The position numbers and the translations under genes are program-made. Below, in pieces: positions 57,539 through 64,000 of a stretch of 64,000 nucleotides of DNA. The notes under the pieces are model-generated. The model saw only the letters and a list, made by a program, of their open reading frames with translations. It was not told the origin of the DNA and made no database searches. The stretch covers positions 74,595-138,594 of the forward strand of contig CAZUJF010000004.1 in NCBI GenBank assembly GCA_964619955.1. Reading direction: 5' to 3'. Numbering within the stretch: position 1 is the stretch's first letter; every line of letters begins with the position of its first letter. This DNA is from an uncultured Planctomycetales bacterium (GTDB lineage Bacteria; Planctomycetota; MHYJ01; JACPRB01).

Positions 57539-58312
57539 CTACTTGGGCCGGCCGAAATCGTTCACCGTCCGCTCCAGCGCCGCGTCCTGGTAGCGGACCA
57601 TCTGCAGATTCGACTCGAGCGACCGCAGCGCCTTGATCATCTCGACCATCTCGAGGATCGGGTTGACCGAGGACTTCTCCAGGGCGCCCTGCTCCACGCG
57701 GATCTCCGCGGGCGTCGTCGCGGTTCCGCCGCGGTTCTCGAAGACGTTGTCCCCGCGCTTCACCAGCCGCGAGAGATCGTCGAAATCCACCACCCCCAGC
57801 CGTCCGATTTCCACATCCCCCTGGAAGACCGCCCCTTCGGGCGTCACGCGGATCTCCTCGCCGGACGCGGGATCCACCGCCAGCCCTCGTCCGTCCCCGG
57901 AGACCGCCTGATAGCGCCCGTCGGCCGTCAGCAGACGCCCGCCCGCGTCCATGACGAAGTTTCCCGCGCGCGTGTAGACCACGGCGCCGCTCTTGAGGTC
58001 CTGGACGGGAAAGAAGCCCGGCGTGCTGAGCGCCAGGTCCAGAGGACGGCGGGTCACTTCCAGACCCCCGCTTTTCCCGTCGAAGGACACGCGGTCGATG
58101 AACGGCGCCCCGCCATGCCGGTCCACCGCCGCGTTGTAGAACTTCACGTCGTGCCGGTCCTCCAGGGCCTCGACCAGCCGCTCCCGGAAACTGACCGAAT
58201 CGCGACGGAAGCCCGGCGTGTTCGCATTCGCCAGGTTGTTCGCGATCTGGTCCACCCGGACCGACTGGCCGAGGGCCCCCAGGCCCGACAGGTAGACGCC
58301 GTAAGAGGACAT
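57539..58312 (-). CDS. flgF: Flagellar proximal rod protein FlgF
   Basis: 'IANNLANANTPGFRRD' and 'GALEKSSVNPILEMVEMIKALRSLESN' rod-family motifs. Confidence 0.85.
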   Translation of the reverse strand: MSSYGVYLSGLGALGQSVRVDQIANNLANANTPGFRRDSVSFRERLVEALEDRHDVKFYNAAVDRHGGAPFIDRVSFDGKSGGLEVTRRPLDLALSTPGFFPVQDLKSGAVVYTRAGNFVMDAGGRLLTADGRYQAVSGDGRGLAVDPASGEEIRVTPEGAVFQGDVEIGRLGVVDFDDLSRLVKRGDNVFENRGGTATTPAEIRVEQGALEKSSVNPILEMVEMIKALRSLESNLQMVRYQDAALERTVNDFGRPK

Positions 58313-58452
58313 CTAGAACACCATCCTCTTCAGCATCGCCACCAGCTTCACCCACCCCGGGCGGCGATCCGTGATCGCCGCCGCCGCTGTCCGTGCCACC
58401 CCCACCAGCTGTCCGATTTCCACCCGCAAAGCTTCGCTCAGTTCCATTCTGG

Positions 58453-58467
58453 GGGAGCTAAAGCAAG
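58453..58467 (-). promoter_or_regulatory. Consensus sigma-54 promoter (TGGCAC-N5-TTGC) for the flgF-to-flgL operon
   Basis: The plus strand reads GCAAGAGCCGTGCCA, the exact reverse complement of TGGCACGGCTCTTGC. It lies about 140 nt upstream of the flgF ATG. Confidence 0.65.
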
Positions 58468-58607
58468 AGCCGTGCCAATGCCTTTCCCCTAGGGAGAATC
58501 AATCGGGAGGCGTGAAGCGGAAGGAAGTTCCTTCCTGGCGACGGTCGATTCCTTCCGCCTGCGCGGATGCGGGTGGGACACCGTCCGTTAAGCGAACGAA
58601 CGCCGCG

Positions 58608-59363
58608 CTACGCGTCCTTCTGGGCGATCTCGCGGTTCATCGCCGCAATCTCGGGATGGGCGCGCACGTGCGCCAGGATCTCGCGATAGGGTCTCAGGTT
58701 CCGTCCCAGATCCAGTTCGCGGTAGAGCCGGCGGACCATCTCCAGATCGGCGGCCGTGTCGACCGTCCATCGGAGATCCGAATTGTCCCGGGCATCCGCC
58801 ACGGAATGCAGCGAGAAGAGGTCCGGACGCTCGCGGTGCATGAACCAAGTGACATGCTCGCGCGCCTTCTGCGAACGGCCCCGCCTCCCCATCCGCTCGA
58901 GGGCGTCCCGGAAAAACGCCTCGGTGTCCAGGCCGCGCGGGTAGCTGCGTTGCTGCACGTTGGAGGCGTAGTCCGCCTCCCCCTCCCGGTCGAGCAGCTC
59001 CCTCACGACCCGGTCCGACTCCCCGGGGTCGATCAAAGGACAGTCCGCCGTCACGCGGACGACGAGGTCCGCGTTCGAGGCCCGCGCCGCCCCGAGAAAA
59101 CGGGACAGCACGTCCTGCTCGTCCCCGCGGAAGACGGGAATCCGCTCGGAACGGCAGAGTTCCTCGACGGGGTCGTCCGTGGCGAGCGCCGTGGTCGCGA
59201 CCCTGATCTCGTCCGCCTCCCGCATCGCCCGGAGCCGGTTCAACTGCTGCGACAGCATCGGACGACCCTCCAGGTCCGCCAGCACCTTGCCCGGAAGACG
59301 GGTCGAGGTCATGCGGGCCTGGACGACGACGACGCGCTTCACGAGGTGCGTTCGAAGAGCCAC
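58608..59363 (-). CDS. pseF: CMP-pseudaminic acid synthetase-like cytidylyltransferase
   Basis: 'VVVVQARMTSTRLPGKVL' cytidylyltransferase N-motif, about 230-250 aa. The start may be the internal Met at 59312. Confidence 0.7.
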   Translation of the reverse strand: MALRTHLVKRVVVVQARMTSTRLPGKVLADLEGRPMLSQQLNRLRAMREADEIRVATTALATDDPVEELCRSERIPVFRGDEQDVLSRFLGAARASNADLVVRVTADCPLIDPGESDRVVRELLDREGEADYASNVQQRSYPRGLDTEAFFRDALERMGRRGRSQKAREHVTWFMHRERPDLFSLHSVADARDNSDLRWTVDTAADLEMVRRLYRELDLGRNLRPYREILAHVRAHPEIAAMNREIAQKDA

Positions 59364-59974
59364 CAGGTGACGTCGTCCCAGCTTCCCACGCCCTTCGCGA
59401 GGAAGCCCTTCTGCACGAGGCGCAGTTCAGGGAAGCAGCGCAGGTAGATCCCCCCGAAGTCGGTCTTGTAGAGCGCTCCGGCCTGTCCGCGATAGGGGAC
59501 CTCGGTCAGCTTCTCCGCGTAGTATTCGCCGCAGAGGACGAAGCGCTTCGAGCAGCGGACGATCTCGCTCATGACGAGGGGAAGGGTCTCGGGAGGCTGG
59601 TGGATGAGCACGCCCGTCGTGAACGTCAGATCGAAGAAGCGGTCGCGGAACGGAAGCTCGCGACCCCGGGCCCACACGGCGTTGACGCCCGGATAGGCGC
59701 CCCGCACCTTCGCGAGGGCGCTCTCGTTGACGTCGATCCCGTACACTTCGCGCGCGGGGAGGATTTTCGAAAGCCAGCGCAGGTTGCCGCCGAGATTGCA
59801 GCCCACCTCGAGCACGCTCGAGAACTTGTGGGCGGCCTGCAGTTCACGCCAGAAGGGGTCCCGTCCCTCGCCGGCCGCGGCGTTGCGCTCGGTGTAGGCG
59901 TCGCCGAACGTGCCCTGCCAGAGCGATTCGAGCCGCCGGGCATCGCCCTCCGTGGATCCGCTGGACTGAGTCAC
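59339..59974 (-). CDS. Class I SAM-dependent methyltransferase
   Basis: Motif I 'VLEVGCNLGGNL' and motif II 'VYGIDVN'. Embedded in the pse cluster. Confidence 0.7.
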   Translation of the reverse strand: MTQSSGSTEGDARRLESLWQGTFGDAYTERNAAAGEGRDPFWRELQAAHKFSSVLEVGCNLGGNLRWLSKILPAREVYGIDVNESALAKVRGAYPGVNAVWARGRELPFRDRFFDLTFTTGVLIHQPPETLPLVMSEIVRCSKRFVLCGEYYAEKLTEVPYRGQAGALYKTDFGGIYLRCFPELRLVQKGFLAKGVGSWDDVTWWLFERTS

Positions 59975-60021
59975 GATTCCTCCCTTGAGTCCCGAACCTT
60001 AACACGAGCCGGAAAGCGCCG

Positions 60022-60489
60022 TCAAGGCGCCGGCCAGGCGCAGAGGATGCTGTCCGTCCCGGCCCGGCGCACTCCGCGCACGCGGCGGAAGCCCGCCCGT
60101 TCGAAGGCCGCCAGCGACGCGGCGTTGTCCTTCTTGATGTAGGCCAGAACCCGCTTCAGGCGCAGCTCCCGGGCCGCACGGCGGCACCCGGCGCGGATCA
60201 GGGGCGTCGCCAGCCCCCTCCCCCGGTGCTCGCGGGCCACGCTGATCCCGACATGGGCGACCCCCGGACGGACTTTCTCAAACCGGATCTGTCCCGCAGG
60301 GCCGGGGGCCAGCGCGACATAAAGCCGGACGCGCCGCGGCATCCCCAGGCGTGCGGCGAACCAGTCCCGGTGTTCCGGCCAGGAAATCCGGGCGCTGCGG
60401 TAGGACTGGGCCCGCGTCACGGGGTCGTTCGCCCAGGCGAAATAGCGGCGGGCGTCCCCGGGTTCCGCAGGACGAAGGGCGGGCTTCAC
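60022..60489 (-). CDS. pseH: GNAT N-acetyltransferase, PseH-like (UDP-4-amino-4,6-dideoxy-AltNAc N-acetyltransferase)
   Basis: GNAT core 'VAREHRGRGLATPLI', about 155 aa. Position between pseI and pseF. Confidence 0.6.
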   Translation of the reverse strand: MKPALRPAEPGDARRYFAWANDPVTRAQSYRSARISWPEHRDWFAARLGMPRRVRLYVALAPGPAGQIRFEKVRPGVAHVGISVAREHRGRGLATPLIRAGCRRAARELRLKRVLAYIKKDNAASLAAFERAGFRRVRGVRRAGTDSILCAWPAP

Positions 60490-61538
60490 CGGCCGAGCGC
60501 GGATCCCGTCACCGGGAACCCCCTCCGGACGGCGCGCCTGACCGGACGCCCGAGGATGCGTTCATACTCGGAGGGCGGAAGACCGGACGGCATCTTGCCG
60601 TTGCGCAGGCAGGCGGTGTTCTCACGGCTGAGCCGTTCCCCCGGCTTCAGGTCCCGGATCGCGAAGACGCTGCGGCGGGCGAAATGGCGCAGTTCCTCCT
60701 CCACCGGATGGACCCGCTTCACCCCGTCCCCGCGGGCCGACTCGACCGCGCGGATGCCCTTCACCAGGGCGGCCAGTTCATCCGGTTCCACCGCATAACG
60801 GTGATCGGGTCCGGGAAGGCGGTTGTCGAGCGTGAAATGCTTTTCGATCAGATCGGCCCCCAACGCCGCCGCCGTCATCGGGGCGGCGATCGGGTCGCGG
60901 GAGTGGTCGGAGAGGCCCGCCGGGCAGCGGAAGGCCGCCCTCAGCGTTTCCAGCACGCGGACATTGATGGACTCCAGGGGCGCGGGGTAGGAGGCGGTGC
61001 ACTGCATGAGGCAGAGCCCCTTCACCCGGGCGCGGCGGAGCACCGCGACCGATTCCGCGATCTCCCCGGGCAGCGAAGCCCCCGTGGACAGCAGCACGGG
61101 CTTTCCGAACGCCGCCACGTGGCGGAGCAGCGGATGATGCGTCATCTCGTACGAGGCGATCTTGAAAACGTCGACCCAGGGATTCAGGCGGTCGGCCGAC
61201 TCCTCGTCGAAGGGCGTGGAGATGAAGAAGATCCCCCGCCGCCGGCAGCGTTCCGCCAGCTTCGGGATCCACGCATAAGGCATCTCCATGTCGCGGATGA
61301 CCTCGACGATGGACTTCTTCAACTTGAGGTAGGCCGAGGTCCCGGCGCGTTCACTGTAGATCCGGTCCGCGCGGAATGTCTGGAACTTGACGGCGTCCGC
61401 CCCGGCGCGGGCGGCGACGTCGATGAGCTTCATCGCGACGGATAGTTTCCCGTCGTGGTTGCTTCCCGCCTCGGCGATGATGAAGCAGGGCGCGCCCCCG
61501 CCGATCCGGATCTTCCCCGCCTTGACCGCCTCGACCAT
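60486..61538 (-). CDS. pseI: Pseudaminic acid synthase (NeuB family)
   Basis: 'CFIIAEAGSNHDG' NeuB motif, TIM barrel plus C-terminal SAF domain. About 350 aa from the Met at 61538. Confidence 0.8.
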   Translation of the reverse strand: MVEAVKAGKIRIGGGAPCFIIAEAGSNHDGKLSVAMKLIDVAARAGADAVKFQTFRADRIYSERAGTSAYLKLKKSIVEVIRDMEMPYAWIPKLAERCRRRGIFFISTPFDEESADRLNPWVDVFKIASYEMTHHPLLRHVAAFGKPVLLSTGASLPGEIAESVAVLRRARVKGLCLMQCTASYPAPLESINVRVLETLRAAFRCPAGLSDHSRDPIAAPMTAAALGADLIEKHFTLDNRLPGPDHRYAVEPDELAALVKGIRAVESARGDGVKRVHPVEEELRHFARRSVFAIRDLKPGERLSRENTACLRNGKMPSGLPPSEYERILGRPVRRAVRRGFPVTGSALGR

Positions 61539-62527
61539 CACGTCACCCCCATGGCCCTGAGCACGCGTTCCACACCCCTGCCGTCCACCCGGCGCCGGAG
61601 GGCCAGGGACATCCTCCGCCTGGCGCCGGGATCCCCGATGATATCGAACAGGGACGCCTTCACGACAGCCTCGCGAAACGTCGTTGCCCGGCCCAGATCG
61701 CGGGCCAGCCCGGCCTCCCGGAGCGCCCGCCGCAGCGGCTCCTGGTTGGCCGCCACGCCCAGCACCGCCATCGGCACGCCGAGACGCGCCAGTTCCCAGC
61801 AGATCGAGCTTGCGGAGACAACGGCCAGATCGCAACGCTCCATGTGCCGCCGCATTTTCGACGCGGAAACCGAGCGCAGCAGCCGGACCCCGGCGGGAAA
61901 GTTCCCCGTCCTCGAGGAGGGACCTGCGACGCAGGTCACGTCCAGGCCGTCGAGCAGGCGGCAGATCCGCGGAGCCATCCCCAGGGGGTCGGCGCCTCCG
62001 AAACTCACCAGCACCCGGCGCGCCCGGAGCGGGAACTCACGGCGCCGCGGGGCGGGCGTGACGAAGTCCCGACGCAGCAGCGCGAACCTGGGGCCGCCCA
62101 GGAGCCTGGATCCGGGCGAAAGCCGGCATCGTGCGCGCACGACGCCGAGGTTCTGGTTGAGGACGAGCTCCGCTGCGAAGCTGCCCCGGCCCGAGTCCTC
62201 CAGCCAGAGCAGGCGCGCGCCCGACTTGCGGAGCGCCCGCTGCTCCCGGAATCCCCAGCCGTAACGATCCACCACGATCCAATCACCGGTCTGAAAATCC
62301 TTGGGGAGATCGACCCGGGGCCCCTGAACGATCTCGCGGTCCGGGACCCGAAGCTCGAAACGCTTCCCGAGCGACGCGCGGGCGGCGGCATCGCTGTCGC
62401 GGAGCAGCCAGAGGATCCGGACTCCGCGGCGGGCCAGTTCGTCCGCCAATGCCCCGCATCGCACCACATGGCCCCAGCCGATGAGGGGGCCGGCATCGGC
62501 CCGGATGAACACGGTCGGGCGCCGCAC
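61538..62527 (-). CDS. pseG: UDP-2,4-diacetamido-2,4,6-trideoxy-beta-L-altropyranose hydrolase
   Basis: 'VFIRADAGPLIGWGHVVRC' PseG N-terminal motif, GT-B fold. GTG start. Confidence 0.8.
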   Translation of the reverse strand: MRRPTVFIRADAGPLIGWGHVVRCGALADELARRGVRILWLLRDSDAAARASLGKRFELRVPDREIVQGPRVDLPKDFQTGDWIVVDRYGWGFREQRALRKSGARLLWLEDSGRGSFAAELVLNQNLGVVRARCRLSPGSRLLGGPRFALLRRDFVTPAPRRREFPLRARRVLVSFGGADPLGMAPRICRLLDGLDVTCVAGPSSRTGNFPAGVRLLRSVSASKMRRHMERCDLAVVSASSICWELARLGVPMAVLGVAANQEPLRRALREAGLARDLGRATTFREAVVKASLFDIIGDPGARRRMSLALRRRVDGRGVERVLRAMGVT

Positions 62528-62530
62528 CGT

Positions 62531-63679
62531 TCAGCGGCCCCTACGCAGCGCCGTCGCGAGGGATTTCGCGACCCGCGTCACGTCGGCCTCCCGCATCCCC
62601 GGAAACACCGGAAGCGAGATCTCCCCGGCGTAATAGGCCTCCGCCTTGGGGCAGAGTCCGGGCTTCGTCTTCAGCCGCTCCCGGTAATACGGCTGCAGAT
62701 GCACGGGGTAGTAGTGCACCTGGACGCCGATGCCGTCCCCGCGCAGCGACTCGAAGACCGCCCGGCGGCGGGCGGCAGGGACGCGCACCGGATACAGATG
62801 ATAGACGTGGCGTGCGCCCGTGCGCTCGACGGGAGGGAGGACTTCCACCAGGCCCGACAGCGCCGGGGCATAGGACCGCGCGATCTTCCGGCGCGCGTTG
62901 ATGAAGGCCTCGGCCTTCGCCAGCTGGCTCGAACCGAGCGCGCACTGAAAGTCCGTCAGGCGGTAGTTGTAGCCGAGTTCCTGCTGCTCGTAGTACCAGG
63001 GCCCCTCATCCCGGGTCAGCTTCCTCGGATCGCGCGTGATCCCGTGGGAGCGGAAGGTCTTCAGACGGAGGGCGAGGGCCGGGTCGTCCGTGACGACCAT
63101 CCCGCCCTCCCCGGTCGTGATGTGTTTCACGGGATGGAAGCTGAAGATCGTCAGGTCGGCCATCTGCCCGACCTTGCGGCCCTTCCAGCGGCCGCCCAGC
63201 GAATGCGCCGCATCCTCGATGACGACGAGCTTCCTCCGGCGCGCGATGCGCCGGATCGCGTCCATGGCGCAGGGATGCCCGCCGAAATCGACCGGAAGCA
63301 CCGCCCGGGTGCGCGGGGTGACGGCCGCCGCGAACGCCGCGGGGTCCAGCAGCGCGGTGTCCGGATCCACGTCCGCGAACACCGGCCGCGCGCCCGTGTA
63401 GAGCACCGCGTTGGCCGTGGCCACGAAGGTGAGGGGCGGGACGACCGCCTCGTCCCCGGGTCCGAGCCCTGCGGCGTAGCAAGCGGCGTGCAGCGCGGCG
63501 GTTCCGTTCGCCGCCGCCACGGCGAAGCGCGCCCCGCAGTAGCGGGCGAAGCGCGTTTCGAAGTCTTCCACCGAGGGCCCGGTGGTGATCCAGTCGGATT
63601 TCAGCACGCGCGAAACGGCGCGGATGTCGTCCGCGCCGATCCGCTGCCGGGAATAGGGCAGGAACCCCTTTGCGCTCAT
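62531..63679 (-). CDS. pseC: UDP-4-amino-4,6-dideoxy-N-acetyl-beta-L-altrosamine transaminase (DegT/DnrJ family)
   Basis: 'FLPYSRQ' start and PLP-Lys in 'SFHPVKHITTGEGG'. About 383 aa from the Met at 63679 (ATGA overlap with pseB). Confidence 0.85.
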   Translation of the reverse strand: MSAKGFLPYSRQRIGADDIRAVSRVLKSDWITTGPSVEDFETRFARYCGARFAVAAANGTAALHAACYAAGLGPGDEAVVPPLTFVATANAVLYTGARPVFADVDPDTALLDPAAFAAAVTPRTRAVLPVDFGGHPCAMDAIRRIARRRKLVVIEDAAHSLGGRWKGRKVGQMADLTIFSFHPVKHITTGEGGMVVTDDPALALRLKTFRSHGITRDPRKLTRDEGPWYYEQQELGYNYRLTDFQCALGSSQLAKAEAFINARRKIARSYAPALSGLVEVLPPVERTGARHVYHLYPVRVPAARRRAVFESLRGDGIGVQVHYYPVHLQPYYRERLKTKPGLCPKAEAYYAGEISLPVFPGMREADVTRVAKSLATALRRGR

Positions 63680-64000
63680 GGCTCTCCGAGGATGCGCCGC
63701 AGTTCCTGGGGTCCGATCTTCCACGGATTGCTGTCGCTCGTGTAGCGGAAGCGGTCGGGGCAGGGTTTGCCGCCCTCCCACTTCTTGGAATCCCACCACG
63801 GGAAATCCGGCTGGATGATGTAGAAGTCGTCCATCTCCAGCGTCCGGCGGGCGTCGTCCTCCGGCACCATGGCCTCGTGCAGCTTCTCGCCGGGCCGGAT
63901 GCCGACGACTTTCTGTTTGCAGCCGGGTGCCACCGCCTCGGCGAGGTCCGGAATCGTGATGGTCGGCAGCTTCGGCACGAAGATCTCGCCGCCCTTCATC
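63676..64000 (-). CDS. pseB: UDP-GlcNAc 4,6-dehydratase (inverting), partial: 3' end of the gene only, N-terminus beyond the window
   Basis: C-terminal 'VVGIRPGEKLHEAMV' and 'YTSDSNPW' PseB/FlaA1/CapD-type motifs. The ORF is truncated by the window edge. Confidence 0.7.
   Translation of the reverse strand, partial: MKGGEIFVPKLPTITIPDLAEAVAPGCKQKVVGIRPGEKLHEAMVPEDDARRTLEMDDFYIIQPDFPWWDSKKWEGGKPCPDRFRYTSDSNPWKIGPQELRRILGEP

Overview
This is a high-GC (about 68-70%) bacterial chromosomal window, densely coded on both strands, with no rRNA, tRNA, CRISPR or obvious mobile elements. The phylum cannot be determined from the sequence.

The left part (1-15.5 kb) carries metabolic and accessory genes. 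It holds a D-amino-acid module (secreted D-aminoacylase, RidA, a DSD1-type PLP dehydratase). It holds a thiosulfate and cysteine theme (cysteine synthase fused to a rhodanese, a two-domain rhodanese, a YeeE/YedE transporter). It also holds ClpS, a Rieske protein, an SDR epimerase, a FecR/HEAT protein, and an FHA-GAF sigma-54 activator.

A 530-bp AT-richer intergenic region follows. It contains two sigma-54-type -24/-12 elements, an intrinsic terminator and a pair of 15-bp inverted repeats. It sits ahead of recA, a secreted hydrolase-like gene and alaS.

The centre is the rpmF-plsX-fabH-fabD-fabG ... acpP-fabF lipid operon. It is interrupted by a 6.3-kb methylmalonyl-CoA pathway block: carboxyltransferase, biotin carboxylase, BCCP, the mutase catalytic subunit and the epimerase. 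A DnaA-family protein with a degenerate Walker A follows.

The right 30 kb is one minus-strand flagellar late-gene and glycosylation island. In transcription order it runs pseB-pseC-pseG-pseI-pseH-methyltransferase-pseF, then a sigma-54 promoter, then flgF-flgG-flgA-flgH-flgI-flgJ(N)-flgN-flgK-flgL-fliW-csrA-hyp, then flagellin-flaG-fliD-fliS. It ends with a Maf-type gene flanked by two paralogous unknown genes that each carry an identical consensus sigma-70 promoter, followed by a KdsC-like phosphatase, a regulator, a GT1 glycosyltransferase and nagA-nagB.

The strongest candidates for novelty are:
- the paralog pair around maf with cloned promoters
- CsrA-type hairpins with an identical CAUGGAUG apex on both sides of the flagellin gene
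- a sigma-54 promoter in front of recA next to a bEBP gene, plus a possible sigma-54-driven sRNA
- a protein with two ribosomal L7/L12 C-terminal-like domains
- the fab operon split by propionyl/methylmalonyl-CoA genes

The minus-strand coordinates I read from the printed sequence (the flgJ start and the motif positions derived from it) may be off by 1 nt relative to the supplied ORF track, so the ORF-track coordinates are used wherever a call comes from it.
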